From Escherichia coli (GTDB lineage: Bacteria; Pseudomonadota; Gammaproteobacteria; Enterobacterales; Enterobacteriaceae): DNA of 64,000 nucleotides. Under the pieces are notes generated by a model. It made no database searches. It was not told where the DNA came from and was given only the letters and a program-made list of their open reading frames with translations. Below, in pieces: positions 33,311 to 47,170 of the stretch. The stretch lies in NCBI RefSeq assembly GCF_009931435.1, contig NZ_CP043414.1; one strand, written 5' to 3'. The number at the start of each line of letters is the position of its first letter. Position 1 is the stretch's first letter. The position numbers and the translations under genes were made by a program.

Positions 33311-35971
33311 TCATGATTCCTCGCGCTGGGCAAGATTTAGCGTAAGCCCAACGATCCCCTCTTCGAGCTGGATATCAACGTTAAACCCGAGCTTGCGGGC
33401 CAGCGCCACCATGCCACGATTGTTTGGCATCGTAATACCATTCAGACGTTGCAGTCCGTGATCTCGCGTATAGGTAATCAACTTTTCCATTAAGCGTCGA
33501 CCTAAGCCTAACCCTTTGAGATCCGAGCGAACCAGCACGGCAAATTCGGCATCGATGTTATCAGGGTCGGAGATCGCACGCGTGACGCCGAGGATCTCTT
33601 CCGTTTGATCAATACGTCGTACCGCTACAAATGCCATTTCCCGATCGTAGTCGATCTGCGTCATGTTGGCTAAATCTTCATGGGTAAATTCGTTGATCTC
33701 GCTAAAGTAGCGGTAATAAAGATCTTCTTTGGTGACTCGCGAAATGAACTGCTGAAGTTGTGGCTCATCTTCTGGCAAAATCGGGCGGAACAAGCAGCGT
33801 TCACCGTTTTTCAATTCTACCCATTCTTCCAGCTGATGAGGATAAGGGCGGACTGCCAGGCGACTCTCGTTATCGCCTTCAAACGGAGCGATATCCAGCG
33901 TGACATCAAGCGCGGTAAATTCATTGCCGGAAGCCAGCAAAGGATGAATATCCAGCCTCTGAATCTCCGGACAATCGACAATCAAGTTAGAAACCTGCAC
34001 CAGTAACTGGCTTAATCCCGCCACATCCAGCGGGCGTAGCGCACTACGTGCACGAATCTTTTTACTTTTGATCCCCTGAATGACCAGATAACGTGCCAGG
34101 TTCATGTTCAGCGGCGGTAGTGCGACGACGGCTTGATCTTCAGGACGCCACTCCACACCGCCTTCGCCCAGCATGATCAACGGTCCGAAAACCGGATCGT
34201 GCTCAACCACTACTCGCAACTCCTGAGCGCCAGCACGGTTAGCCATACTTTGTACCAACAGGCCGTGGATACACGCCTGCGGCCAGGCCATTTTTACGCG
34301 ATCGAAAATAGCATTTGCGGCTTGCTGGACTTCATTGGCTGTACGCAAGTAGAGCATGACGCCCTGAACTTCTGATTTATGTGGAATATCCGGCGAGCGT
34401 AATTTTAGTGCCACCGGATAACCAATCTGTTCGGCAATATGCACAGCCTCGGTGCTGTCAGTGGCAATCCAGGTGGGAAGTGTGTTCATGCCGTACGCTT
34501 GCAGGATAGGCTGAACTTCATGGGTATCGAGCGACGTTGCCCCTTCGACAATGGCCTGTTGCAACAGAAGATGCGCTTCTGCGGTATTAGAGGTCAGATT
34601 GCTGGGCAACGCCGGCGTTTCGCGTAGTTGCTTCTGATTACGCCGGTACTCCACCATATGCATAAAAGCGGTGATGGTTCCTTCCGGGGTGCGGTAGGTC
34701 GGCAGCCCGGCTTCGCTGAATAAACGTCGTGCCTCTTGCGAGGAGTGCTCGCCGCACCAGTTCGTCAGCAGAGAAACATACTTGCTGCGGGGATGATGCT
34801 TTACCGCTTCAATTAATGCATGCGCGCTTTCTGTTGCGGGAGCTGCGGCGCTGGGCGAATGAATAACCATCAGCGCATCAAAATCCTGACTGTGGAGCAG
34901 AATATCCAGCGTTTTAATATAATGCTCACTGCTGGCGTCATCGCGAAGATCGAGTGGGTTAGAGATTGCCACATGTTCTGGCAGTGCATCGCGCAATTTC
35001 TGGCAGGTTTCTTCACTGAGCGTAGCCAGCTTGCCATTGCGTGACCATAAGGCATCCAGCGCCAGTGCGGCAGGTGCTGCACCGTTGCTGATAATCATCA
35101 GCCGCTCTCCACGTAGCGGGCGCATATGGCTAAGGGTTTCGACTGCCGAAAACAGCTCGTGGGTATCCTGCACTCGCAACAAACCGGCGCGCTGAATAGC
35201 TGCATCCCAAGCAGGATCCATTCCTGCCGTGGTGTTCAGTAGTCGTTGCGCCGCCGGGCTACGTCCGCTTTTAATCACCAGAATCGGTTTATTACGTGAG
35301 GCGCTACGTGCAGCCGAAACAAAACGTCGCGCATCACTTAATTGTTCGAGGTAGAGCAGGATTGCACTAGTTTTGCTGTCGCGCGCCAGATAATCGAGCA
35401 ATTCATCAACGTCGATATCCAGACTGTCGCCGAGAGCAATAAAGTAGGAAAAGCCCATTTCCCGCTGTTGTGCCCAGTCGAGGATGGTATTGGAGACGGC
35501 GGCAGACTGCGAAATAAACGCCAGTTTGCCGCGTTTAATCGGTACAGGCGAAAAGCTGGCATTCAGGCCTTGCCAGGGGGCCAGTAATCCCAGACTGTTT
35601 GGCCCCAGCAGACGCATGTTATGGCGCAGGGCGCAGGCGCGGAGATCTTCGTGTTGCGATGCCGGGGCGGAAAGAATAATGCAGGTTTTACAGCCTTTCT
35701 CGCCGAGCTCTTCCAGAAGAGTAAGATTGCGGCTGGCATTGGTACATAAAACCGCAAGATCGGGTGTAAAGGGCAGGCTGGCAATATCCGGCCAGGCCAA
35801 CACACCCAACACCGCTTTCCAGGCAGGCGTCACCGGGAGTACCGGCCCGTTAAATCCCCCCGCCAGCAGGTTACGCATCATCAGGTAACCTGCGCGATTG
35901 GGTTTCATCGATGCGCCAATTACCGCAATCGATTTTGGTCGCAGTAGTGCTTCCAGTCCTCGCTGACTCAT
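33311..35971 (-). CDS. patZ: protein lysine acetyltransferase PatZ (Pka/YfiQ)
   Basis: 886 aa MSQRGLEALLRPKSIAVIGAS...; CoA-binding/acyl-CoA synthetase-like N-terminus, GNAT C-terminus. Confidence 0.95.
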   Translation of the reverse strand: MSQRGLEALLRPKSIAVIGASMKPNRAGYLMMRNLLAGGFNGPVLPVTPAWKAVLGVLAWPDIASLPFTPDLAVLCTNASRNLTLLEELGEKGCKTCIILSAPASQHEDLRACALRHNMRLLGPNSLGLLAPWQGLNASFSPVPIKRGKLAFISQSAAVSNTILDWAQQREMGFSYFIALGDSLDIDVDELLDYLARDSKTSAILLYLEQLSDARRFVSAARSASRNKPILVIKSGRSPAAQRLLNTTAGMDPAWDAAIQRAGLLRVQDTHELFSAVETLSHMRPLRGERLMIISNGAAPAALALDALWSRNGKLATLSEETCQKLRDALPEHVAISNPLDLRDDASSEHYIKTLDILLHSQDFDALMVIHSPSAAAPATESAHALIEAVKHHPRSKYVSLLTNWCGEHSSQEARRLFSEAGLPTYRTPEGTITAFMHMVEYRRNQKQLRETPALPSNLTSNTAEAHLLLQQAIVEGATSLDTHEVQPILQAYGMNTLPTWIATDSTEAVHIAEQIGYPVALKLRSPDIPHKSEVQGVMLYLRTANEVQQAANAIFDRVKMAWPQACIHGLLVQSMANRAGAQELRVVVEHDPVFGPLIMLGEGGVEWRPEDQAVVALPPLNMNLARYLVIQGIKSKKIRARSALRPLDVAGLSQLLVQVSNLIVDCPEIQRLDIHPLLASGNEFTALDVTLDIAPFEGDNESRLAVRPYPHQLEEWVELKNGERCLFRPILPEDEPQLQQFISRVTKEDLYYRYFSEINEFTHEDLANMTQIDYDREMAFVAVRRIDQTEEILGVTRAISDPDNIDAEFAVLVRSDLKGLGLGRRLMEKLITYTRDHGLQRLNGITMPNNRGMVALARKLGFNVDIQLEEGIVGLTLNLAQREES

Positions 35972-36002
35972 ATCGGTCTCCCGCAGAAGTGACCGAATGA
36001 TT

Positions 36003-36701
36003 TTAAACGCTTTCTAACTGTTCTGCTGTGATGCTACCCAGATGTTGCGTTTTTCCTGCCAGATAGCGTGTTTTAAAGCGGGTGAAATACTCGCCTAGAC
36101 CTGCCGCCGCTCCGGTATCGCCGGCCATATCTAACAGTGCGATGGCAACTTCGGCAGTGCAGTATTGGCCTTCAGCCTGGGCTTCACGCAGGCGATAGGC
36201 AGAAAGCCGGGAAAGATCGACGGAAATGACGGGAAGATTATCCAGATACGGACTTTTACGAAACATCTTGCGAGCTTCCGGCCAGGTACCATCGAGCATG
36301 ATAAACAGCGGTGGCTTACCAGCAGGTGGTGTAAAAATCACTTCCCGTTGCTCATCAGCATACGAGGCGGGAAAGACCACCATTGGCTGATAATCCGGGT
36401 TTTGTACCAGAGCCAGCAAATCCTGCGAGGGTTCGGTACGGGACCATTGAAACGCGACGGTATTTGGCAAGATATCGGCAATCAGACGCCCGGTGTTACT
36501 GGGCTTCATTGGCTCGGTGTCGAACATCAGCAAACAAAAGCGACTTTTAGCTTCCGCTGGAGTAATTGTCGAACAGAGACATAATTTCTCTGGCAAAAGA
36601 CAGCGTTGGCAGCGACGAACGCGATTACCGCGGGCAAGAAAAGGACGTGTTGCGCGCGCAATACGCTCGGCGCGTAACTGGAGAACAGCGTTTTCGGTCA
36701 T
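36003..36701 (-). CDS. tapT: tRNA-uridine aminocarboxypropyltransferase (DTW domain, YfiP)
   Basis: Start chosen at MTENAVLQLRAERIA (internal to the track ORF); Cys-rich CQRC..C..C N-terminus; K-12 synteny. Confidence 0.85.
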   Translation of the reverse strand: MTENAVLQLRAERIARATRPFLARGNRVRRCQRCLLPEKLCLCSTITPAEAKSRFCLLMFDTEPMKPSNTGRLIADILPNTVAFQWSRTEPSQDLLALVQNPDYQPMVVFPASYADEQREVIFTPPAGKPPLFIMLDGTWPEARKMFRKSPYLDNLPVISVDLSRLSAYRLREAQAEGQYCTAEVAIALLDMAGDTGAAAGLGEYFTRFKTRYLAGKTQHLGSITAEQLESV

Positions 36702-36769
36702 AAGAGAGCGTCGAAAAAACGCCATTGTCGCAGAGGAGAAAACGGGGCACAAGATGCACCCCGACAAGA

Positions 36770-37189
36770 TTAAAGCGATTCGTTCAGCCAGCTATCGAAA
36801 GGTGCTTTTGGTACTGCGCCATTAAGCATGTCGACAACCTGACCGTTTTTGAAAATCATGATTGTCGGAATGCTACGAATACCAAAGCGGCTGCTTAATT
36901 CACGTTCAGCTTCGGTATTCACTTTCACAAAGCGCACTTTACCGCTACGTTCTTGCGCAACATCTTCAAAAATTGGTGCGAAATTACGGCAGGGGCCGCA
37001 CCACGGCGCCCAGAAGTCGATCACCACAGGCAGATCATCTTTCAGCAATTTATCGAGCGTTTCACCGGTCGCATTAATCACCTCTCCGTCAAATAAGTCG
37101 TGACCGCAGCGTCCGCATTTTGCCGCATCTTCGATCCGATCGTCGGGAATGCGATTGATGGCCTGACAATGGGTACAAACGGTATTCAT
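36770..37189 (-). CDS. trxC: thioredoxin 2
   Basis: 139 aa, N-terminal Zn-finger CxxC..CxxC plus WCGPC active site. Confidence 0.95.
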
Positions 37190-37395
37190 AACTAACCTCG
37201 GGATGAGTAAGGAGACTTATCGGCAACGACGCCGGTATGTTTCTAATATGTTACATATTATCGGGGACATTGTTCCAGACAACAATCTGTTTTATTCAAT
37301 AGGTATGATAGTCGCAGGCTTTGGTACGAAATCATGGCGAACCGCGCGCACTTCGGGTAATCTGCGCGCTTCGCGCAGCGCTGGTGGAGAAAAGC

Positions 37396-38433
37396 ATGAA
37401 CGATGAGATGAAAGGTAAAAGCGGCAAGGTCAAAGTGATGTATGTCCGCAGTGATGATGATTCTGATAAACGTACCCATAACCCGCGTACCGGGAAAGGG
37501 GGCGGGCGTCCAGGAAAATCTCGTGCCGACGGTGGCCGTCGCCCCGCCCGCGATGACAAACAAAGTCAGCCCCGTGACCGCAAGTGGGAAGAGTCTCCGT
37601 GGCGCACGGTTTCCCGCGCGCCGGGTGATGAGACGCCGGAAAAGGCCGATCACGGTGGCATCAGTGGTAAAAGTTTTATTGATCCGGAAGTGTTGCGTCG
37701 TCAGCGTGCGGAAGAAACCCGCGTCTACGGCGAAAACGCCTGTCAGGCACTGTTCCAGAGCCGCCCCGAAGCGATTGTTCGCGCCTGGTTTATTCAGAGC
37801 GTAACGCCACGTTTTAAAGAAGCATTGCGCTGGATGGCGGCAAACCGCAAAGCGTATCATGTGGTGGATGAAGCGGAACTGACCAAAGCGTCAGGCACGG
37901 AACATCACGGCGGCGTTTGCTTCCTGATCAAAAAGCGTAACGGTACAACCGTGCAGCAGTGGGTAAGTCAGGCAGGTGCGCAGGATTGTGTACTGGCACT
38001 GGAAAACGAATCTAACCCGCATAACCTGGGTGGCATGATGCGCAGTTGCGCGCACTTCGGCGTGAAAGGCGTCGTGGTGCAGGATGCGGCGTTGCTGGAA
38101 TCCGGTGCGGCTATCCGTACCGCAGAAGGCGGTGCAGAGCATGTTCAGCCGATTACTGGCGACAACATTGTTAACGTGCTGGATGACTTCCGCCAGGCGG
38201 GTTACACCGTAGTGACCACCTCCAGCGAGCAGGGTAAACCGCTGTTCAAAACCAGTCTGCCAGAGAAAATGGTGCTAGTGCTGGGTCAGGAATATGAAGG
38301 GTTACCGGATGCCGCACGCGATCCGAACGATTTGCGCGTGAAGATTGATGGTACGGGCAACGTTGCCGGGCTAAATATCTCTGTTGCAACCGGCGTTTTG
38401 CTTGGTGAATGGTGGCGTCAGAATAAAGCCTGA
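37396..38433 (+). CDS. yfiF: SpoU/TrmH-family RNA methyltransferase YfiF
   Basis: Start at [14 protein letters not shown]; basic Arg/Gly-rich N-terminus then SpoU methylase fold; K-12 synteny. Confidence 0.9.
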   Translation: MNDEMKGKSGKVKVMYVRSDDDSDKRTHNPRTGKGGGRPGKSRADGGRRPARDDKQSQPRDRKWEESPWRTVSRAPGDETPEKADHGGISGKSFIDPEVLRRQRAEETRVYGENACQALFQSRPEAIVRAWFIQSVTPRFKEALRWMAANRKAYHVVDEAELTKASGTEHHGGVCFLIKKRNGTTVQQWVSQAGAQDCVLALENESNPHNLGGMMRSCAHFGVKGVVVQDAALLESGAAIRTAEGGAEHVQPITGDNIVNVLDDFRQAGYTVVTTSSEQGKPLFKTSLPEKMVLVLGQEYEGLPDAARDPNDLRVKIDGTGNVAGLNISVATGVLLGEWWRQNKA

Positions 38434-38480
38434 TAAATCAGCCGGGTGGCAACGCTGCCATCCGGCGTTTTCCTGCAAAT

Positions 38481-39170
38481 TTACTCACTTTCTGCCGGTA
38501 ATACTGGCATCCAGTCAATCGGTTTCTCGCCACGTTGTTCCAGCCACTGATTTGCCAGCACAAAATGGTTGCAGCCAAAGAACCCACGATGCGCCGAAAG
38601 CGGTGATGGATGCGGCGCTTTCAGTATGTGATGGCGTTGTTTATCAATAATCGCCCCTTTCTTCTGTGCATGTGATCCCCACAACAAAAACACCACGCCT
38701 TCGCGATGCTGGTTGATCAGGCTGATGACTTTATCGGTGAAGGTCTCCCAGCCGAGGCTAGCGTGGGAATGCGCCTGACCTGCGCGAACCGTCAACACAG
38801 TATTGAGTAGCAGAACGCCCTGACGCGCCCAGCTTTCAAGATAACCATGATTAGGGCGGGTGAAACCGGGAATAGTATTTTCCAGCTCTTTATACATATT
38901 CAGCAGTGACGGCGGTGTCGCAATGCCGGGGCGAACGGAAAATGCCAGACCATGCGCCTGTCCCGGTCCGTGATAAGGATCCTGGCCGAGAATCACCACT
39001 TTAACGTCACCCAACTCTGTAAAGCGGAACGCGTTAAAGACATCCTTTTGTGGCGGATAGATAGTGACGCCGGCCTGCCGCTCGCTGGCGACGGTCTGTA
39101 GGGTATTAAGAAAATAGGGTTGCTGCTTCTCTTCAGCCAGCACGTCATGCCAGGTTAATTCGTTTGCCAT
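38481..39170 (-). CDS. ung: uracil-DNA glycosylase
   Basis: 229 aa [20 protein letters not shown]..., GQDPYH motif. Confidence 0.97.
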   Translation of the reverse strand: MANELTWHDVLAEEKQQPYFLNTLQTVASERQAGVTIYPPQKDVFNAFRFTELGDVKVVILGQDPYHGPGQAHGLAFSVRPGIATPPSLLNMYKELENTIPGFTRPNHGYLESWARQGVLLLNTVLTVRAGQAHSHASLGWETFTDKVISLINQHREGVVFLLWGSHAQKKGAIIDKQRHHILKAPHPSPLSAHRGFFGCNHFVLANQWLEQRGEKPIDWMPVLPAESE

Positions 39171-39474
39171 CTCGCTCTCCCGCGAATCTTCAATCCGCCT
39201 AGCTTAACTGCTTCTTTCTACAGAACAAAATCATGCTCATTTTTTAGACTTAAACGAGTGCAAAAAAATGTAAATTGGTAAAATTTCACACCTGCATAAG
39301 TTGATGTAAAACAATAAAATCCATTTGCGACCACACTTGATGTGTGGTTTTTATTGATTTAAATCAAAGAATCAAGGGTGTTTGAGGAGTATATATACAC
39401 TCAAGCAACAATGGTTTTACCAATTGGCCGCGACAGGCTAATCAAATCAAATAATTTTGCCGGGGAGGCATCAC

Positions 39475-39858
39475 ATGATTACAGGTATCCAGATTACTAA
39501 AGCTGCTAATGACGATCTGCTGAACTCTTTCTGGCTGCTGGACAGCGAAAAAGGCGAAGCGCGTTGCATCGTTGCGAAAGCAGGTTTTGCAGAAGACGAA
39601 GTGGTTGCAGTAAGCAAACTGGGTGACATTGAATACCGTGAAGTTCCAGTAGAAGTTAAACCAGAAGTTCGCGTTGAAGGTGGTCAGCACCTGAACGTAA
39701 ACGTTCTGCGTCGTGAAACTCTGGAAGATGCAGTTAAGCATCCGGAAAAATATCCGCAGCTGACCATCCGTGTATCCGGTTATGCAGTTCGCTTTAACTC
39801 TCTGACTCCGGAACAGCAGCGCGATGTTATCGCTCGTACCTTTACTGAAAGCCTGTAA
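39475..39858 (+). CDS. grcA: autonomous glycyl radical cofactor GrcA (YfiD)
   Basis: 127 aa [16 protein letters not shown]..., glycyl-radical motif RVSGYAV. Confidence 0.95.
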
Positions 39859-39879
39859 GGTTTAAGTAGCAAGTTACTA

Positions 39880-39912
39880 AGCGGAAGAGGGCGACCTCTT
39901 CCGCTTTTTTTC
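39880..39912. terminator. bidirectional terminator between grcA and eamB
   Basis: agcggaagagg-gcgacc-tcttccgct hairpin followed by TTTTTTT. Confidence 0.7.
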
Positions 39913-39913
39913 A

Positions 39914-40501
39914 TTAACAGAAAATGCGCACCGCGCAATAGACCAGCAACAACGCCAGCACGATATTTAACTGGCGACCATACTGGCGAAACAATCGCTG
40001 AAACAGATGCCCCGCCAGCGCCCAGCACACATTGCCAAAGGTCCCAATCATTGCCAGCAAAACGCTGACGCCAATCACCCAGCTTAACGCCTGCGTTTGT
40101 GGCAGGATAAATGTCGACAGTGCTGTAATGCCGTACAAAATAATTTTGACGTTCACAAACTGCAAAGCAAAGCTGGCCCAGAAGCTGATCGGTTTGGCCT
40201 GAAGTCCGTCTTCCTTGGTTGGACTGGTAGCGATTTTCCACGCCAGCCAGACAATATATGCCGCTCCTGCCCAACTCAAAAGGTGCACCGCTGCTGGGTC
40301 AATAACAGCCAGTGAAAATGAAATTCCTGCACACAGTAACATCACAATCAAAAATCCCAGACTCATCCCTGCCAGCACGTGGGTACTCCGACGAAATCCA
40401 TGCGACGTGGCAGAGCTAAGAGCGAGTATATTGTTTGGTCCTGGCGTCAGGGCGGTAATCAGGGTGTAGGTCCAAAAAGCACTTAAAAGGGTCGGTGTCA
40501 C
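39914..40501 (-). CDS. eamB: cysteine/O-acetylserine exporter (LysE family)
   Basis: 195 aa polytopic membrane protein; recognised as YfiK/EamB. Confidence 0.9.
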   Translation of the reverse strand: MTPTLLSAFWTYTLITALTPGPNNILALSSATSHGFRRSTHVLAGMSLGFLIVMLLCAGISFSLAVIDPAAVHLLSWAGAAYIVWLAWKIATSPTKEDGLQAKPISFWASFALQFVNVKIILYGITALSTFILPQTQALSWVIGVSVLLAMIGTFGNVCWALAGHLFQRLFRQYGRQLNIVLALLLVYCAVRIFC

Positions 40502-40603
40502 TTGTTATCTCCTCTGTTTTGGTAGACAGTACCCGACACAAAACATTTAAAAAAATGAATGTTTTCACATTCTAAATTCGATATTTTCGATAGGTTTGGA
40601 GTT

Positions 40604-41485
40604 ATGGATCTGCGCCGTTTTATTACGCTTAAAACCGTGGTGGAAGAGGGTTCCTTTTTGCGAGCTTCGCAAAAATTGTGTTGCACACAATCGACGGTGA
40701 CTTTTCATATTCAGCAGCTTGAACAGGAGTTCTCAGTACAATTGTTTGAGAAAATTGGCCGACGGATGTGCCTCACTCGCGAAGGCAAAAAGTTGCTGCC
40801 GCACATCTATGAACTCACCAGAGTGATGGATACGCTTCGTGAGGCTGCCAAAAAAGAGTCTGATCCGGACGGAGAACTGCGCGTTGTTTCAGGCGAAACG
40901 CTGCTCTCTTACCGAATGCCGCAGGTGTTGCAGCGTTTTCGGCAACGTGCACCAAAAGTGCGTTTATCACTGCAGTCGCTGAACTGTTACGTGATCCGTG
41001 ATGCTCTACTGAATGATGAGGCCGACGTCGGTGTTTTTTATCGCGTAGGAAATGATGATGCTCTGAATCGACGAGAATTGGGTGAACAATCGCTGGTGCT
41101 GGTGGCTTCACCGCAAATTGCAGATATCGATTTTACCCAGCCGGGAAGACATAACGCCTGTAGTTTTATTATCAACGAACCGCAATGTGTCTTCCGGCAG
41201 ATATTTGAGAGCACGCTGCGCCAGCGGCGGATCACGGTGGAAAATACCATTGAGCTTATAAGTATCGAAAGCATAAAGCGTTGTGTCGCGGCGAATATCG
41301 GAGTTAGCTATCTGCCGCGTTTTGCGGTGGCAAAAGAGTTGGAGTGCGGAGAATTAATCGAATTGCCTTTTGGCGAACAGTCGCAGACCATTACGGCAAT
41401 GTGCGCACACCATGCCGGGAAAGCGGTTAGCCCGGCGATGCACACTTTTATTCAGTGTGTTGAAGAGTGTTTTTTGCCGGGATAA
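40604..41485 (+). CDS. yfiE: LysR-family transcriptional regulator YfiE
   Basis: Start at MDLRRFITLKTVVEEGSF (HTH), LysR substrate-binding domain; the track ORF starts 15 codons upstream. Confidence 0.9.
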   Translation: MDLRRFITLKTVVEEGSFLRASQKLCCTQSTVTFHIQQLEQEFSVQLFEKIGRRMCLTREGKKLLPHIYELTRVMDTLREAAKKESDPDGELRVVSGETLLSYRMPQVLQRFRQRAPKVRLSLQSLNCYVIRDALLNDEADVGVFYRVGNDDALNRRELGEQSLVLVASPQIADIDFTQPGRHNACSFIINEPQCVFRQIFESTLRQRRITVENTIELISIESIKRCVAANIGVSYLPRFAVAKELECGELIELPFGEQSQTITAMCAHHAGKAVSPAMHTFIQCVEECFLPG

Positions 41486-41489
41486 AAAT

Positions 41490-41700
41490 AATGCCGGGCT
41501 TAAACCCGGCACCCAACTTGTCGACGAAGTGCGTTTTGTTCATGCCGGATGCGGCGTGAACGCCTTATCCGGCCTACAAGATCGTGCAAATTCAATATAT
41601 TGCATGAGCCATGTAGGCCTGATAAGCGTAGCGCATCAGGCAGTTTTGCGTTTGCCAGCACTTTTAATTCCGGGCTTAAACCCGGAATTAAGATCACTCT
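41490..41700. repeat. cluster of REP (BIME) elements
   Basis: Several copies or inversions of gccggatgcggcgtgaacgccttatccggcctac-like units between yfiE and srmB. Confidence 0.8.
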
Positions 41701-43028
41701 TCTGTCGTTTGCGGTGGTACGCCTGTTCCGCTTGGTTTGCGTCGCTTACCAATATTTTTGGTATCGCGATGGCGTTTTTTCACCCGTGGCTTCTCTTTCT
41801 CTTTAGCCTTTTTCTTCTCGGCGCGTTTTGCCAGTACTTTCTTCGATGGCTTGCCGGTCTGCTTTTCGCTTGGCGCACGCGTTTTCGGGCGTAACTCATC
41901 AATAACGCGAGCTTTAATTGGCTCTTCAATATAGCGGCCTACTTTGCCCAGCAGCAGATGGTCATGAGCTTCAACCAGTGAAATCGCGGTTCCCTTACGA
42001 CCAGCGCGAGCAGTACGTCCGATACGGTGTAAATAAGTATCGCCACTGCGTGGCATATCGAAGTTAAAGACATGGCTGACATCCGGAATGTCGATACCGC
42101 GCGCGGCAACATCGGTGGCAACCAGTACGTTTACGCGACCTTCGGTCAGACGCTTGATCGCTTCGTTACGCTTGCCTTGTACCATCTCACCTTCGAGATA
42201 GCAGTTGTTGATGCCCGCTTCGCGCAACCAGTTTGCCAGTTCATGCACACGCTCACGCTTACGCACAAATACAATTGAGCGGGTCGCTTCCGGTTGTTTT
42301 AACAGATGCACCAGTAATGCGGTTTTATGTTCCAGGTCATCGGCGCGGTAATACCACTGATGAATTTTTTTGCGCTCACGGGTGGATGGATTCGCAGAAA
42401 CTTCCACCGGATCTTCAAGCAGACGCTCGGCAAAATCCTGAATGGCATCGCCTTCAAGCGTTGCCGAGAAGAGCAGGGTCTGTTTACGCCAGCGCGTTTC
42501 GCCCGCAATATGTTCGATATCCTGAGCAAAACCCATATCCAGCATTCGGTCTGCTTCGTCGAGGATCAGCGTTTCAACCGCGCGGCAATCGAAGTTCTCT
42601 TCTTTTATGTATTGCAGCAGACGTCCGGTCGTGGCAACCACGATATCCTGGTTTTCGCTGAATACTTCCGCGTGGTTCATATAGGCTACGCCGCCGGTGA
42701 TGGTGGCGATATCCAGATGCGTATGTTTCGCCAGTTCGCGGGCATGATCGGCCACCTGCATTGCCAGTTCTCGAGTCGGGGTGAGGATCAAAATACGCGG
42801 CGGACCGGATTTCTTTCGGGGGAAATCGAGCAGGTGCTGCAACGCTGGCAGCAGATACGCCGCCGTTTTACCGGTGCCTGTCGGCGCAGAACCGAGTACA
42901 TCACGGCCATCGAGCGCAGGCGGAATGGCGGCAGCCTGAATGGCGGTCGGGCGAGTGAAACCTTTATCCTGGAGGGCTTCCAGCAGGCTTTCGTCGAGTT
43001 CAAGTTCGGAAAAAGTCGTTACAGTCAT
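41694..43028 (-). CDS. srmB: DEAD-box ATP-dependent RNA helicase SrmB
   Basis: 444 aa; Q-motif, [17 protein letters not shown] motifs; basic C-tail. Confidence 0.95.
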   Translation of the reverse strand: MTVTTFSELELDESLLEALQDKGFTRPTAIQAAAIPPALDGRDVLGSAPTGTGKTAAYLLPALQHLLDFPRKKSGPPRILILTPTRELAMQVADHARELAKHTHLDIATITGGVAYMNHAEVFSENQDIVVATTGRLLQYIKEENFDCRAVETLILDEADRMLDMGFAQDIEHIAGETRWRKQTLLFSATLEGDAIQDFAERLLEDPVEVSANPSTRERKKIHQWYYRADDLEHKTALLVHLLKQPEATRSIVFVRKRERVHELANWLREAGINNCYLEGEMVQGKRNEAIKRLTEGRVNVLVATDVAARGIDIPDVSHVFNFDMPRSGDTYLHRIGRTARAGRKGTAISLVEAHDHLLLGKVGRYIEEPIKARVIDELRPKTRAPSEKQTGKPSKKVLAKRAEKKKAKEKEKPRVKKRHRDTKNIGKRRKPSGTGVPPQTTEE

Positions 43029-43159
43029 GTTCTACCTCTGTGTGGGGCGCTGATTATAGACGTTACGGCTGCAATCTTCATCTGTTTGTATGGATATCGC
43101 TTCTCGGGTATTGTTCTCACCCGGTGCTATCGCCGTTTTTCCTGCAAGGTTTTATTTTC

Positions 43160-45513
<2,354 letters not shown>

Positions 45514-45800
45514 TTAATTTACTAAACATGGTTTGGTCAGCATAGCATCATGTTGTGCAATTAAACACCTGCTATTTTAATTTTTGTTACAGAGGCTAAA
45601 CAGACCGAATCACGGCGACGAGAAAACGAGAAGTTACTGGCTGGCGAAGGATTAGGTGGTGAAATAAAAAGGCCGTTGGGTTACTCTTCAGGCAGTTAAA
45701 TGGGCATTTCTACACAGATAATGCGATGTTCAGATTCTGTAGACTTATAATGATAGATAATAATCCGTCTACAGCATGACAAACAAAAACAGATGCGTTA

Positions 45801-45828
45801 CGGAACTTTACAAAAACGAGACACTCTA
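45801..45828 (+). promoter_or_regulatory. sigmaE-dependent promoter upstream of rpoE
   Basis: GGAACTT (45801-45807)-16 nt-TCTAA (45824-45828), matching the sigmaE consensus GGAACTT-N16-TCTGA. Confidence 0.7.
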
Positions 45829-45911
45829 ACCCTTTGCTTGCTCAAATTGCAGCTAATGGAGTGGCGTTTCGATAGCGCGTGGAAATTTGGTTTGGGGAGA
45901 CTTTACCTCGG

Positions 45912-46487
45912 ATGAGCGAGCAGTTAACGGACCAGGTCCTGGTTGAACGGGTCCAGAAGGGAGATCAGAAATCCTTTAACTTACTGGTAGTGCGCTATCA
46001 GCATAAAGTGGCGAGTCTGGTTTCCCGCTATGTGCCGTCGGGTGATGTTCCCGATGTGGTACAAGAAGCTTTTATTAAAGCCTATCGTGCGCTGGATTCG
46101 TTCCGGGGAGATAGCGCTTTTTATACATGGCTGTATCGGATTGCTGTAAATACAGCGAAAAATTACCTGGTTGCTCAGGGACGCCGTCCACCTTCCAGTG
46201 ATGTGGATGCCATTGAAGCTGAAAACTTCGAAAGTGGCGGCGCGTTGAAAGAAATTTCGAACCCTGAGAACTTAATGTTGTCAGAAGAACTGAGACAGAT
46301 AGTTTTCCGAACTATTGAGTCCCTCCCGGAAGATTTACGCATGGCAATAACCTTGCGGGAGCTGGATGGCCTGAGCTATGAAGAGATAGCCGCTATCATG
46401 GATTGTCCGGTAGGTACGGTGCGTTCACGTATCTTCCGAGCGAGGGAAGCTATTGATAACAAAGTTCAACCGCTTATCAGGCGTTGA
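45912..46487 (+). CDS. rpoE: RNA polymerase sigma factor sigmaE
   Basis: 191 aa from MSEQLTDQVLVERVQKGDQKSF. Confidence 0.97.
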   Translation: MSEQLTDQVLVERVQKGDQKSFNLLVVRYQHKVASLVSRYVPSGDVPDVVQEAFIKAYRALDSFRGDSAFYTWLYRIAVNTAKNYLVAQGRRPPSSDVDAIEAENFESGGALKEISNPENLMLSEELRQIVFRTIESLPEDLRMAITLRELDGLSYEEIAAIMDCPVGTVRSRIFRAREAIDNKVQPLIRR

Positions 46488-46519
46488 CGATAGCGGGATA
46501 CTGGATAAGGGTATTAGGC

Positions 46520-47170
46520 ATGCAGAAAGAACAACTTTCCGCTTTAATGGATGGCGAAACGCTGGATAGTGAGCTGCTTAACGAACTGGCTCATAACCCA
46601 GAAATGCAGAAAACCTGGGAAAGCTATCACTTAATCCGTGACTCAATGCGGGGTGATACTCCCGAGGTGCTCCATTTCGATATCTCTTCACGCATAATGG
46701 CCGCCATTGAAGAAGAGCCAGTACGTCAACCGGCGACACTGATCCCAGAGGCCCAGCCTGCGCCGCATCAATGGCAGAAAATGCCATTCTGGCAGAAAGT
46801 ACGTCCATGGGCGGCACAGCTTACCCAAATGGGCGTAGCAGCATGCGTATCGCTTGCAGTTATCGTTGGCGTCCAGCACTATAATGGGCAATCTGAAACG
46901 TCCCAGCAGCCCGAAACGCCAGTATTTAATACACTGCCGATGATGGGTAAAGCCAGCCCGGTTAGCCTGGGAGTACCTTCTGAAGCGACTGCAAACAATG
47001 GTCAACAGCAGCAGGTACAGGAGCAGCGTCGTCGCATTAATGCAATGTTGCAGGATTACGAACTGCAACGTCGACTCCACTCTGAACAGCTTCAGTTTGA
47101 GCAGGCCCAAACACAGCAAGCCGCTGTACAGGTGCCAGGAATTCAAACTTTAGGAACGCAATCGCAGTAA
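46520..47170 (+). CDS. rseA: anti-sigmaE factor RseA
   Basis: 216 aa from MQKEQLSALMDGETLDSELLNEL; single TM segment. Confidence 0.95.
   Translation: MQKEQLSALMDGETLDSELLNELAHNPEMQKTWESYHLIRDSMRGDTPEVLHFDISSRIMAAIEEEPVRQPATLIPEAQPAPHQWQKMPFWQKVRPWAAQLTQMGVAACVSLAVIVGVQHYNGQSETSQQPETPVFNTLPMMGKASPVSLGVPSEATANNGQQQQVQEQRRRINAMLQDYELQRRLHSEQLQFEQAQTQQAAVQVPGIQTLGTQSQ

Noticed and set aside
33680-35888. Plus-strand ORFs (e.g. 33680..34006, 35484..35888)
   Set aside because: Antisense within patZ
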